Of a DNA stretch of 32,420 bases, positions 10,259 to 20,598 are shown one piece after another (within the stretch, counting starts at the first letter, position 1; the number at the start of each line of letters is the position of its first letter). The position numbers and the translations under genes are program-made. The stretch lies in sequence record SRR20825006_2474. One strand, given 5' to 3'. A model generated the notes under the pieces. It was not told the DNA's origin. It saw only the letters and a program-made list of their open reading frames with translations, and did no database searches.

Positions 10259-12333
10259 CCACGGACCTGATCCGCGTGGAGTACGCGCAAAACGGAAAAA
10301 GCAAAAAGACCAATGAACTGGGTATGCGCGAGATGCAGGCCAGAGCCTATGAGGCGCGAGACCAACAATACCTGTTACTCAAAGCGCCGCCGGCGTCCGG
10401 CAAATCCCGAGCTTTGATGTTCCTGTCGCTGGACAAGCTGATCAACCAGGGCATCCGCAAAGCGATCGTGGCGGTACCGGAGACTTCTATTGGGGCCTCA
10501 TTCAGCGACACTCCGCTGTCTGAGCATGGATTTTATGCCGATTGGGTCGTGCGGCCCGAGCACAATCTTTGCACTCCTGGAAGCGAAGGTAGTGATGGCA
10601 AGATCGACGCCTTCCGCCGATTCATGCACCGCGACTCCACGGACATCGCGGATCGCGTGCTTATCTGCACTCATGCCACCTTGAGATTTGCCTTCGAGAA
10701 GCTCGATACGTCCGAGTTCGACGACACGCTATTGGCGATTGATGAATTCCATCACGCCTCGGCCGATCGCGATAATCGCCTGGGCAATCTTCTGGACCGG
10801 CTGATGAAGCAATCCAGTGCCCATGTAGTGGCCATGACCGGCTCCTATTTCCGTGGGGATACGGTACCGATCCTGTTGCCCGAGGATGAGGAAAAATTCA
10901 GCCGCATCACATACACCTATTACGAGCAGCTCAACGGTTACGAACATCTGCGATCACTGGGTATTGGTTATCACTTCTACACCGGCCGCTACATGAGTGC
11001 GATCAAGGAAGTGTTGGACCCGGACAAGAAGACGATCATCCATATTCCCAATGTAAACTCGCGGGAATCGACCAAGGACAAGTTCACGGAAGTAGATCAG
11101 ATTGTGGACGCCTTAGGCACGGTCGAAAAAACTGAGCCCGATACCGGCATTCTTGTCGTCCGTGTCGAAGGCGGGAAGCAACTGCGGGTGGCCAACCTTG
11201 TCGACGATACGGTTGAGCGCCCCAAGGTGATGGCCTATTTAAGACAGGCCGAGGGTTACGACGACATCGATATCATCATTGCCCTGGGCATGGCCAAGGA
11301 GGGTTTTGACTGGCCATGGTGCGAGCACGTACTGACGATCGGCTACCGTAATTCAATGACTGAAGTAGTGCAGATTATTGGCCGGGCCACCCGTGACGCT
11401 CCTGGCAAAAGCCACGCGCAGTTTACCAACCTGATTGCCCAGCCCAATGCTGAGGACGAAGACGTAAAGTTCGCGGTTAACAACATGCTCAAGGCGATTA
11501 CCGTCTCTCTATTGATGGAACAGGTGATGGCACCGAACTTCAACTTCCGGCCCCGGGATCTTGGCGGTGAGGCCGTAGTGGACGGGCCCGGTTCGATTGA
11601 AATAAATGGAATAGGCGGGAACAAGCCTTCCCCGCAGGTCCAGCATGCCCTGGATAACAGCAGTGACATCGTGGCCGCGTTCATCCAACAGCCTGAGGCG
11701 GCCGCCGCGATAACTGGCACCAATGACCCGGAGGTGATGACCCAGGCAGTCCTGACCCGGGTAATCCAGGAGCGCTGCCCCCAGTTAAGTTCAGAGGAAG
11801 TCGAGAATGTCCGCATGGGGATTGCGACGCAAATGGCGCTGAGTGCCAGTGGCGGGCTGTTTACTGAAGATACCTTGCCTGAAGATGCCGAATTCATTAC
11901 GCCGGAGCCCACGCCCGAAGGCGAAGATGAGCCGCTGGCCGCGCCCCGTATCATTCCTGGCAAGGAGAGCCCCGGTGGAGAAGGTACCGGCGAAGACAAA
12001 CGCTTTCTTCAATTGGCCGGAAAGTTCGTGAACATTGAAGACTTGAACATGGACATGATCGATCAGATCAACCCGTTCCAGGGTGCCTACGAAATCCTGA
12101 GCAAGTCTGTTACTGCCGGGGTACTCAAGACCATCCAGGATGAGATTCATGGGAACCGGGTCGAGATGACCGAAGAGGAAGCGACGATTCTGTGGCCCAA
12201 GATCAAACGCTTCGTTAGAGAGCATGGCCGCAATCCCGCGGCGTCCTCCCCCGACCCTGTGGAGAAGCGTTATGCAGAGTGTCTCCTCTGGCTAAAACAG
12301 CAAAAGCGCCAACGCTCACAACAGGCTGGCTAA
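10255..12333 (+). CDS. SF2 DEAD/DEAH-type helicase (YeeB-like)
   Basis: APPASGKS, DEFHH, MTGS, EGFDWP, QIIGRATR. ATGA overlap with the methyltransferase. Confidence 0.9.
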   Translation: MTTDLIRVEYAQNGKSKKTNELGMREMQARAYEARDQQYLLLKAPPASGKSRALMFLSLDKLINQGIRKAIVAVPETSIGASFSDTPLSEHGFYADWVVRPEHNLCTPGSEGSDGKIDAFRRFMHRDSTDIADRVLICTHATLRFAFEKLDTSEFDDTLLAIDEFHHASADRDNRLGNLLDRLMKQSSAHVVAMTGSYFRGDTVPILLPEDEEKFSRITYTYYEQLNGYEHLRSLGIGYHFYTGRYMSAIKEVLDPDKKTIIHIPNVNSRESTKDKFTEVDQIVDALGTVEKTEPDTGILVVRVEGGKQLRVANLVDDTVERPKVMAYLRQAEGYDDIDIIIALGMAKEGFDWPWCEHVLTIGYRNSMTEVVQIIGRATRDAPGKSHAQFTNLIAQPNAEDEDVKFAVNNMLKAITVSLLMEQVMAPNFNFRPRDLGGEAVVDGPGSIEINGIGGNKPSPQVQHALDNSSDIVAAFIQQPEAAAAITGTNDPEVMTQAVLTRVIQERCPQLSSEEVENVRMGIATQMALSASGGLFTEDTLPEDAEFITPEPTPEGEDEPLAAPRIIPGKESPGGEGTGEDKRFLQLAGKFVNIEDLNMDMIDQINPFQGAYEILSKSVTAGVLKTIQDEIHGNRVEMTEEEATILWPKIKRFVREHGRNPAASSPDPVEKRYAECLLWLKQQKRQRSQQAG

Positions 12334-12335
12334 TC

Positions 12336-13589
12336 ATGGTGCCGAGAGAATTCTTCAACTTAGATGAGATATTCCAGGACGATGATCAGGGATTACTCGA
12401 CAGCCGGGGCAACAACCAGGCTCCAAGCCAGATTTATCGTCTTCGTGAGGGTTTTGCCGAGATTAACGGCTTTGTGGATGAGCACGACAAGGTGCCATCT
12501 GACGAGGGGGATCAGTTGGAGCGACGCCTGGCTCGGCGTCTTGCGGTCATTCGTCGGGATCGTAGTAAGGCACAAGTTCTTGCTCCGGATGATCGACACG
12601 GCTTGTTAGGCAGCGCGTCAGAGCCCGACTCCGTGCCGGCGGGTGATGATTTCGATGCTGTGTCTGAGAATGTCACCTCACTCGACGATATCCTCGCAGA
12701 CGCCGGTGGCTTGCTGGATAGCGAGGCCCAAGAGCTGTTTGAGCAACGCCACATTCAATTCGGTTCTAAAAAGAATACACCCGATGAGATCGCTCAGCGC
12801 ACACCGTGTCGGGACTTTGACCGTTTCGAGGGACTATTCAACGGGGCGAAATCTGAGATTCGAGAGGGTCACAGTGAGACGGTGCGTTTTGCCAAGGGCG
12901 CACAGATCCAAGAGGGAGATTTCTTCATCTTGGATGGCATCATGTGCCTGGTCGATAGGATTGGTGAGAAGAACGAGGGCGTTGGCCATTCCAGACACAA
13001 TCCTCGTATCCGGGTCGTCTTTGATAATGAAACCGAATCCAACTTGCTGCTGCATTCGTTCGCCCGGGCCCTCTATAAAGATCCCAATGGTCGGCGCGTT
13101 TTAATGGACCCTGATCGAGTGTTTGAAAAGATGCAGGGGTTATCGCATCACGATCGACGTAAAGGCGTGCTTTATATCCTTTCATCGAAGAGTGCGAACC
13201 CCGAGTTGGCTGCCATGAGAGATCTCTACAAGATCGGTTACACCGAGGAAGCGCTTGGGAAACGTATTGCCGGTGCTCAGCGGTCGACCACATACCTTGA
13301 AGCTCCTGTGACAGTGGAAGCCACCTACGACTGCTATGGTGTAAACCCACGGGCGGTAGAACGCCTAGTCCATGCAATGCTTTCCTCGCAGAAGTTGAAT
13401 GTGACGCTCACGGATCATCAGGGGCGGCGGTATAGACCTAGAGAATGGTTTTCTGTGGACTTGGAAACAGCGAAAAAGGTTGTGGAGCGGATTGCCGATG
13501 GGACGATCAGCAACTACCGCATTGATGGTGTCAGCGGCAGACTTGTGGCCAAAAGCAGGCGTTATGGCGGAGGCTCAGATAATAAATGA
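12336..13589 (+). CDS. GIY-YIG (T5orf172-like) nuclease-domain protein (YeeC-like)
   Basis: C-terminal GVLYIL...LYKIGYT...RI...ERLVH...REWF pattern. ATG is 2 nt after the helicase stop. Confidence 0.85.
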   Translation: MVPREFFNLDEIFQDDDQGLLDSRGNNQAPSQIYRLREGFAEINGFVDEHDKVPSDEGDQLERRLARRLAVIRRDRSKAQVLAPDDRHGLLGSASEPDSVPAGDDFDAVSENVTSLDDILADAGGLLDSEAQELFEQRHIQFGSKKNTPDEIAQRTPCRDFDRFEGLFNGAKSEIREGHSETVRFAKGAQIQEGDFFILDGIMCLVDRIGEKNEGVGHSRHNPRIRVVFDNETESNLLLHSFARALYKDPNGRRVLMDPDRVFEKMQGLSHHDRRKGVLYILSSKSANPELAAMRDLYKIGYTEEALGKRIAGAQRSTTYLEAPVTVEATYDCYGVNPRAVERLVHAMLSSQKLNVTLTDHQGRRYRPREWFSVDLETAKKVVERIADGTISNYRIDGVSGRLVAKSRRYGGGSDNK

Positions 13590-13841
13590 GATGAACCTTG
13601 TGCCCTTGCAGAAATTGATATCTCTCGAGACAAGGGCACGAGAGATCATCACCTTCAGACTGGATTTTAAATATGCATCTAAACAATAACCAAAATTTGA
13701 TATCTCCGCTCCAGAGTTTAAGAAAGCGAAGGATAGTTTTGCCTCCGAGAATCTGATTTAGCTAGTCTCGACAATTGAATGTACGGTGACATATTTGTCG
13801 CCGAGAAAAGCACCAAAAATCAATGAAATTAAGGGGATATC

Positions 13842-16823
13842 ATGCTAAATCGCGGATCGGAGTGGCGAAGGTGGGAGCCACATATCCATGCGCCCGGCAC
13901 AGTCATGAACAATCAGTTCAGTGGATCGAATGCATGGGACGATTACCTCACAGCACTTGAACAGGCAGCTCCGGTCATTGAGGCGATCGCGGTCACCGAC
14001 TATTACATAACTGATACCTACCAAAAGATCTTGGAATATCGAGATGCAGGAAGACTTCCGAGCGCCACGCTGATTTTTCCGAATGTCGAGCTGAGGCTCG
14101 ATGTTGCGACTGCGAAGGGGGGCTTCGTCAATTTACATCTTTTTGTAAGCCCAGAAGATCCGCAACATCTTGATGAGCTGCAACGGATACTATCGCGCTT
14201 ACAATTTAACGTGATGAAGGATCGATTTGATTGCACACGCGCCGAACTGATCAGACTAGGCAAGAATGCAGACCCAAACATTACTGATGATGGTGCTGCG
14301 CTTGCTTACGGTGCAAGCCAATTCAAAGTCAACTTTCAGCAGTTGCGTGAAGTGTATGCGGAGAGCAGCTGGGCGCAACAAAATATATTGATTGGTGTGG
14401 CAGGCGGTGCGAGCGATGGCACCTCGGGCGTCCGAGAAGCGGCCGACCAGACTATCCGGCGCGAGATCGAAGGTTTTGCACATATAATATTCGCTAGCAG
14501 CGAAGCTCAGCGGGAATTCTGGCTGGGCCTCAAACCTTCCATGTCTGCCGATGAAGTTCGCAAGGTCTATGGTGGTCTCAAACCCTGCCTTCACGGAAGC
14601 GATGCGCATGACCTTAAGAGTGTCGCTTCGCCGTTTGGAGATCGCTTTTCTTGGATTAAAGGTGGACTCGAATTCGACTCTTTGCGCCAAGCATGTATTG
14701 ATCCAGCGGGCCGTGCGCATGTAGGGAGAGAACCGCCGGCGTCTGCAACACCGTCGCAGGTGATTTCCGGTGTCGAGATTCTCGATGCGTCATGGATAAA
14801 GACTCCGACCATACCGCTCAATCCGGGGTTGGTCGCGATTATCGGTGCCCGCGGATCTGGCAAGACGGCGCTGGCAGACATGATAGCAGCAGGCTGTGAT
14901 TCAATCCCAGACGAGGCCTGGAATGCAGATGAGTGGGCAAATCCATCTTTTCTAGTTCGGGCACGTCCGCTTGTCGGAGGAGCAAAGGTCAAGGTCAATT
15001 GGGCTGCTGGACAACCAGAAACACGGACGCTCGACGGTTCGGACGCAAACGGGCCATTCACCTATGAGCGCGTGCGATATTTGTCTCAGCAGTTTGTCGA
15101 AGAACTCTGCTCCTCAGACGGACTCACAGACGGACTGCTCCGTGAAATCGAACGCGTAATTTTCGAGGCGCATCCCGAAGATACTCGGGACGGTGCATTG
15201 AATTTTTCGGAGCTGCTGGAACAGCGTGCATCCCGACATCGCCTCGCTCGCGCCAGAGAGGCTGAAGCAGTCGCCCAGATTTCTGATCGAATCAATACAG
15301 AGCTAGAGAAAAACAAACTCGTCGCCAGCTACGAGGCGGATGTGACGAAGAAAAGAAAGCTGGTTGATGCCTATACGGCCGACCGTGCCAAGCTGGTGTC
15401 GAAAGGTAGTGAGAAGAGAGCTCTGAGACATACGGAATTAGCTGGCGCCGCTAACGATGTCCGAGCCAAACTTCGTCAGCTCACGGGGCAGCGGCAGGCG
15501 TTTCTGGCTATGCAGGATGAAGTTAAAGATATGCGCCGCAACCAAGCGCCCGAAGCGCTCCGACAAGCTCAGGCGCGCTATGACCAGAGCGGAATGTCGG
15601 AAGACCAATGGGCTGCGTTTTTGATCGACTATAAAGGGCCGGTTGATGACGACCTCACTGGTTATGTGAGATATGTCGATCGTGAGATCGCTAAACTCAA
15701 GGGAACAGCTCCGCCACCAGGCGACGCGAACACTGCCTATTTTCCAGACGATACTGATCTCGGCACACTTACACAGGCCTTGCTGGACGCGGAGATGGCG
15801 CGGTTGGAGAAACTGGTCAGTGCCGATAAGGATGCGCAACTCCGTTATGCCAAGCTTTCCAAAAACATCGCGACCGAAACCTCGGCACTACAAACGTTGA
15901 CGCATAAGTTAAGCGATGCGAGAGGAGCCAAGGAGCGCGTTCGCCAATTACAGGCAGATCGTGAGGCGGCCTATGGTAGGACCATCGATGCGCTCGTTGC
16001 TGAGCAATCGGTTCTGGAGGAGCTTTACGCTCCATTAATGGCACGGCTTGAGGCGTCCTCGGGAACATTGAAAAAACTCTCGTTTTCCGTCTCGCGACAT
16101 GCGGATGTGGAGGGATGGGCAGAGGCGGCTGAAGATGGACTTATTGACCTGAGAAAGGCCGGCGCCTTCCGTGGGAAAGGGACGCTTCAGCAAAAGGCTA
16201 ATGAGGTGCTGAAAGCTGCATGGGAAACCGGGGATTCTGGTGCCGTCATTGGAGCTGTGGAAAAGTTTCGCAGGCTATACCAGGACGATTTGCTGGAACA
16301 CTCCCCTGTCGCTAGGGCAGATCAGGCAGAGTTTCGTGCATGGTTGAAACGCTTTGCTCAGTGGCTTTTCAGCACGGACCATATCGAGATTCAATATGGT
16401 ATCGACTACGATGGTGTCGATATTCGAAAGCTATCCCCTGGCACTCGGGGAATAGTCCTTTTGCTTCTCTATCTCGGTTTAGATGATAAAGACGACCGGC
16501 CACTTCTTATTGACCAGCCTGAAGAGAATTTGGATCCGAAATCAGTCTTTGATGAATTGGTACAGTTGTTTATTGAAGCTAAATCGCACCGGCAGGTTAT
16601 CATCGTCACACACAACGCGAACCTCGTTATCAATACCGACGCTGACCAGATTATTATCGCAGAGGCAGGGCCACATCCCCATGAGGCGTTGCCGCCGATT
16701 ACCTACCTGTCTGGTGGTCTCGAGAACTCCGAAATCAGGAAAACGGTATGCGATATCCTGGAGGGTGGCGAGGCGGCGTTCCAAGAGCGTGCAAGGCGAC
16801 TGCGTGTGAGGTTGTATCGATGA
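13842..16823 (+). CDS. PHP phosphoesterase fused to an SMC-like ABC ATPase (TrlF/Ppl-like, likely anti-phage)
   Basis: PHP motifs RGSEWRRWEPHIH, TDYY, PNVE, HGSDAH. ATPase motifs GARGSGKT, long coiled coil, LSPGTRG, LLIDQPEENLD, VTHNAN. Confidence 0.88.
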   Translation: MLNRGSEWRRWEPHIHAPGTVMNNQFSGSNAWDDYLTALEQAAPVIEAIAVTDYYITDTYQKILEYRDAGRLPSATLIFPNVELRLDVATAKGGFVNLHLFVSPEDPQHLDELQRILSRLQFNVMKDRFDCTRAELIRLGKNADPNITDDGAALAYGASQFKVNFQQLREVYAESSWAQQNILIGVAGGASDGTSGVREAADQTIRREIEGFAHIIFASSEAQREFWLGLKPSMSADEVRKVYGGLKPCLHGSDAHDLKSVASPFGDRFSWIKGGLEFDSLRQACIDPAGRAHVGREPPASATPSQVISGVEILDASWIKTPTIPLNPGLVAIIGARGSGKTALADMIAAGCDSIPDEAWNADEWANPSFLVRARPLVGGAKVKVNWAAGQPETRTLDGSDANGPFTYERVRYLSQQFVEELCSSDGLTDGLLREIERVIFEAHPEDTRDGALNFSELLEQRASRHRLARAREAEAVAQISDRINTELEKNKLVASYEADVTKKRKLVDAYTADRAKLVSKGSEKRALRHTELAGAANDVRAKLRQLTGQRQAFLAMQDEVKDMRRNQAPEALRQAQARYDQSGMSEDQWAAFLIDYKGPVDDDLTGYVRYVDREIAKLKGTAPPPGDANTAYFPDDTDLGTLTQALLDAEMARLEKLVSADKDAQLRYAKLSKNIATETSALQTLTHKLSDARGAKERVRQLQADREAAYGRTIDALVAEQSVLEELYAPLMARLEASSGTLKKLSFSVSRHADVEGWAEAAEDGLIDLRKAGAFRGKGTLQQKANEVLKAAWETGDSGAVIGAVEKFRRLYQDDLLEHSPVARADQAEFRAWLKRFAQWLFSTDHIEIQYGIDYDGVDIRKLSPGTRGIVLLLLYLGLDDKDDRPLLIDQPEENLDPKSVFDELVQLFIEAKSHRQVIIVTHNANLVINTDADQIIIAEAGPHPHEALPPITYLSGGLENSEIRKTVCDILEGGEAAFQERARRLRVRLYR

Positions 16824-16924
16824 TCTGTGGTCGTCCAGAGTAATATTGATTAACGTCATCATAACAATTAGCTACTGCGCATAATCTGGGGTTATGGTGA
16901 ACCGACTTTGAGGAAATGGGAACT

Positions 16925-16994
16925 AGGCGTCTCCCTGGCGCGTCACACCACTGGGCAGGTGTCGCGTTTGCCTGGCATCCGTGCCGGCGCTGAG
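16925..16994. repeat. 70-bp direct repeat, copy 1
   Basis: 63/70 identical and ungapped against 26201..26270 (hand alignment). Confidence 0.9.
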
Positions 16995-17165
16995 TTTCGG
17001 TCCTATTGACTGAAATCCCGGACAAATAATACCACTCGAGAAACCTTAAGCTGTGCGAGATCTCGCATCGGCGTTTGAGAAGTTGCTTTCTAAAGGGGAG
17101 TGCGCGGACAAAATGAGAGGTGGTTTGCACACTGGTGTCGATGGTTTGCACATCGCTGACTCAGG

Positions 17166-17276
17166 TTATTTTTCTTTGTCGTTAATCTCCAAGTAGCGCG
17201 AATACAAACACCAGGCAGTCAGCAGTGCGCTGCCAAAGATCCCGATACCCATCGTTAGGAGCAGCGCTTTTTCCAT
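17166..17276 (-). CDS. 36-aa single-TM small protein
   Basis: MEKALLLTMGIGIFGSALLTAWCLYSRYLEINDKEK. AGGAG lies 6 nt upstream of the ATG. Hydrophobic helix followed by a charged tail. Confidence 0.55.
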   Translation of the reverse strand: MEKALLLTMGIGIFGSALLTAWCLYSRYLEINDKEK

Positions 17277-17353
17277 AGGTGACTCCTGTCTCAAAGATAA
17301 CCGATTCGTGGATGTGCAGAATAGTGGGTCAGCCACGAACCATGGCGCGATCT

Positions 17354-17536
17354 CTAGGAAAACTCGCCACATTCGATTTTCCTGAGAACCCCCGTAACCT
17401 CTCGACGACCTTCGGACGTCTCGCATAGTTCAATAGGTCGCCGATGGCCAAGTGCGGCAACAGGACCGTTTAGCCAGTCACAAGCTAGCTGGCGAGATTC
17501 AAAGACCTGCGAGGCGTACTCGATTAATTCGTCCAT
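17354..17536 (-). CDS. Xre/MbcA/ParS antitoxin C-terminal domain protein (DUF2384-like), orphan
   Basis: ASQVFESRQLACDWLNGPVAALGHRRPIELCETSEGRREVTGVLRKIECG fits the A..VF....A..WL..P..ALG...P family pattern. No N-terminal HTH and no RES toxin nearby. Confidence 0.8.
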   Translation of the reverse strand: MDELIEYASQVFESRQLACDWLNGPVAALGHRRPIELCETSEGRREVTGVLRKIECGEFS

Positions 17537-17736
17537 ATTCTTGGGGGCTCTTGGACCATGGATTAACCATACAGTATAGGGCCGGAAGTCTTTCTTACCC
17601 AAGTCATGCTGAGTTGAGGTGGCCTTGGTCTTGCCCCTGGCCTGGCTGTCCATGTAAGGGGCTAGTCAGGCCCGGGAATTGTTGCCTTAGGACTGGGAAG
17701 CTGCTGGTGGCCGCCCAAAATGTTTTCTTTTAAACA

Positions 17737-17786
17737 AAAGCGGACATTCAGAAACGACCGAATTGAACAATAAAGCGGACCTTTTC
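17737..17786. repeat. Two AAAGCGGAC motifs, each inverted relative to a motif at 25937..26015
   Basis: 17737..17748 is the exact reverse complement of 25937..25948 (12 bp). 17772..17786 is the exact reverse complement of 26001..26015 (15 bp). Confidence 0.7.
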
Positions 17787-18055
17787 TTCGGCCGCGTGAC
17801 CTGGTTGCCTTCCCCCCCCGCGAGTCACCGAAAGACCCTCTGACATTGGAATGTTTGGCAAAACACAACCGTGCGGAGAACCCTAATCCGCGGTGCAACT
17901 AAAACAGGGATGTTTACATAAGCTCCGAATGTTCCTGACATTCGTTCCGAAAACTGCCAGTTGGAATTCTCTCAGCACCCACCGGCTGATTTGATTTTTC
18001 AGTCAGTTTTCGACTCCGGCCTCGTTTTAGGTCTGCTCTGAATCGAAACACCCGG

Positions 18056-18832
18056 CTATTTGCGCATTCGGGAAACTAGGTCGAGACAACTCGCTGCAAG
18101 GATCGCCTGCGCGCGGTTCTGAACATTTAGCTTACGTAAAACAGCCGAAACATGAGCCTTCACGGTCGTTTCGGCCAGGTGTAAGTTGTACGCAATCTGT
18201 TTGTTGGACTCTCCAAGTGTTATTCTCTCTAAAACTATCAACTGGCGCTTTGTTAAAGATTGAAACTGGCTGCGATCTATCTCTGCTTCTGATCCGGCTC
18301 GGCCAGCAGCAAGACCATTACCACTTTCGAATTCGTCAGAGCCTGCACAAATGCAAATCTTGCCATCCAAAACCTGTCGAATAGCGTCGACAATTTCATT
18401 TCTTGATGCATTTTTCGCTACGACTCCCATGGCCCCCCGGCCAATCGCCTGAGACGTGATATACCTATTTACTCTAACCGACATAACTATGATGGGTAGC
18501 GAAGGTGCGATCTCATTTAAGCTACCGAGACCGCCAAGCCCCTGCATTTCCGGCATGTCGAGATCGAAGAAGATGAGACCAAGGCTGCCATGCTCACTCA
18601 CGATTTCCATAGCATCTTTCAAGCTGGATACCTCGAAGACATGTTCACAAAGATGATTTACTAAAATAATGTCGCGTATGGCGTCGCGAAAAAGCGGCTG
18701 ATGATCAGCAATCATGACCTTGGGCAATCGCGCCATTTCAACTTCGTCCTGCCCAATGTCAGGAACTGGAAGCGAGTGCAGCGTAGCTTGGCTCTTTGCC
18801 AAGCTTCTGAAGTTATTGGCTTCTTTTAGCAT
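18056..18832 (-). CDS. NarL/LuxR-family response regulator, AgmR(ErbR)-like
   Basis: REC domain (IADHQPLFR, FDLDMP) plus HTH LTKRQLIVLERITLGESNKQIAYNLHLAETTVKAHVSAVLRKL, close to Pseudomonas AgmR as I recall it. Alternative start at 18736. Confidence 0.88.
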   Translation of the reverse strand: MLKEANNFRSLAKSQATLHSLPVPDIGQDEVEMARLPKVMIADHQPLFRDAIRDIILVNHLCEHVFEVSSLKDAMEIVSEHGSLGLIFFDLDMPEMQGLGGLGSLNEIAPSLPIIVMSVRVNRYITSQAIGRGAMGVVAKNASRNEIVDAIRQVLDGKICICAGSDEFESGNGLAAGRAGSEAEIDRSQFQSLTKRQLIVLERITLGESNKQIAYNLHLAETTVKAHVSAVLRKLNVQNRAQAILAASCLDLVSRMRK

Positions 18833-19042
18833 TTGTTATTCCTCGCCAAACTGTACATACATTGACCGGTGCTCCGCCCGCACTCCTCGCCGCATGGATT
18901 GACTATTTCGAGCGGCATCGCGCAAGGAGCCTTAAAGCAGACCTGCGTCATTCTCTTCATCCCCATATCGGTGAAGCTTTGTGGCTCACCTGTGAGGAAG
19001 GTGTTATTCGACTCTCGGAAATTGAATGGTTGACCTATCTAG

Positions 19043-19076
19043 GCTAAACCCCTGCTTCTCAGAGCTGGGGTTTAGC
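19043..19076. terminator. Stem-loop just downstream of the aldehyde dehydrogenase gene
   Basis: Perfect 10-bp stem GCTAAACCCC/GGGGTTTAGC. No clear U-tract on the minus strand, so it may be a stabiliser or a leaky terminator. Confidence 0.5.
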
Positions 19077-19083
19077 ATTTGTC

Positions 19084-20598
19084 CTAGAGGGCAATGACAA
19101 CCGACTTTGTTTCAAGATATGAATCGAGTGACTGTTTACCCATATCACGTCCAACCCCGGAGAGTTTATAGCCCCCGAATGGGATGTTTGCATCAAGCAT
19201 GTTGTGCCCGTTTACCCACACAGTGCCTGCCTTTAATTTCGGGATTAAGCGTTGCACTTGAGAAAGATTGTTTGACCAGATACTCGCTGCCAGGCCATAG
19301 CGACTATCATTGGCCCGGTCTACGACATCCTCGATATCATCAAACGGGATGACCACCAGAACGGGACCAAAGATCTCGTCTTTGGCTATGACCATAGAGT
19401 CGTCTTCGGTCGCAAATATGGTGGGCTTGACGTAATAACCTTTGCGGTCAGCACGTTCGCCACCGGTAACCAGGCGGGCACCTTCCTGGCGGCCCGTCTC
19501 AATGTAGCGACAGACCCGGTCTAGCTGAACCCTGGACACGAGTGGTCCCATTTGCGCAGCTGGATCCAGGCCAGGCCCCAGGGGTATTGCCTCTGCTAAC
19601 TCGGCGAGCCGATCCAGGACCTTGTCAGAAATGCTTCGGTGAACGTAAAGTCGCGAGCCTGCACTGCAGGTTTGTCCATGGTTGAAAAAGATTGCTGCCG
19701 CTGCCCCTTGCGCAGCCTTCTCCGGATCACAGTCAGCCAGGACAATCATTGGAGACTTGCCCCCCAGCTCTAAGGTAACTCGCGCCATATTATCCATCGC
19801 AGCACGGCCTATGATCTGACCCACCTCAGTGGATCCCGTAAAACTAATCTTGTTGATGTCAGGATGAGTTATCAGTGCCGACCCAGTGCTCTGGCCCTCG
19901 CCAGTAATGATATTGACAACCCCGTCAGGAAAATTTGCCTCTCCGATCAGCTCGCACAGATAGAGGGCAGAAAGGGAAGTTTGTTCCGCAGGCTTCAACA
20001 CAACCGTGCAACCCGCTGCAAGTGCCGGAGCCAGCTTCCAGCAGGCCATCAGAAAAGGAAAGTTCCACGGTATGATTGCGGCAACAACACCGACGGGTTC
20101 GCGTCGGGTATATGCAGTAAAGTCAGAGTCAGCCGGGGCAAAGGGCATGGACACATCAAGAGTCGAGCCCTCAATTTTTGTTGCCCACCCGGCCATGTAG
20201 CGAAAGAATTCCAGACCCAGGCTTATGTCAACAGCTTCGGCAATAGCAGCAGACTTGCCGTTGTCGATAGCTTCCAGCTCAGCAATGATTCTGGCATCTC
20301 GCTCAATCAGATCTGCAAGTTTGAGAAGCATGTTCTGACGGGCGGAGGGTCTCATTCGGCCCCAGTCATCACCATTGAACGCACTTTTTGCACAGCTAAC
20401 GGCTTTGTTAACGTCATCAGGATGTGCAAGGGGTATGCTTCCTATAACCGTTTCTTCAGCTGGGTTTTCTACCTCTATACGTTTGTTTTCCAGAGCATCA
20501 ACCCATTGGCCGCCTATCAGCATACGGTGATTTTGACGAGCCAGGAACGCCCGGGTTTTATTCTCTAAATCATGTGGATGTTTTGTGAACGTATTCAT
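19084..20598 (-). CDS. NAD-dependent aldehyde dehydrogenase (phenylacetaldehyde dehydrogenase-like)
   Basis: IPWNFP, KPAEQT, FTGST, LELGGKSP, FFNHGQTC (catalytic Cys), EIFGPV. Subfamily is judged by overall resemblance only. Confidence 0.93.
   Translation of the reverse strand: MNTFTKHPHDLENKTRAFLARQNHRMLIGGQWVDALENKRIEVENPAEETVIGSIPLAHPDDVNKAVSCAKSAFNGDDWGRMRPSARQNMLLKLADLIERDARIIAELEAIDNGKSAAIAEAVDISLGLEFFRYMAGWATKIEGSTLDVSMPFAPADSDFTAYTRREPVGVVAAIIPWNFPFLMACWKLAPALAAGCTVVLKPAEQTSLSALYLCELIGEANFPDGVVNIITGEGQSTGSALITHPDINKISFTGSTEVGQIIGRAAMDNMARVTLELGGKSPMIVLADCDPEKAAQGAAAAIFFNHGQTCSAGSRLYVHRSISDKVLDRLAELAEAIPLGPGLDPAAQMGPLVSRVQLDRVCRYIETGRQEGARLVTGGERADRKGYYVKPTIFATEDDSMVIAKDEIFGPVLVVIPFDDIEDVVDRANDSRYGLAASIWSNNLSQVQRLIPKLKAGTVWVNGHNMLDANIPFGGYKLSGVGRDMGKQSLDSYLETKSVVIAL

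Noticed and set aside
11343-12225. Long antisense ORFs (218 and 144 aa) in the helicase, and similar ones such as 19864..20568 in the ALDH
   Set aside because: Shadow frames of well-supported genes, with no motifs.
16735-17151. 138-aa minus-strand ORF across repeat copy 1
   Set aside because: Overlaps the PHP-ATPase end, has no motifs, and the repeat mismatches show no codon pattern.
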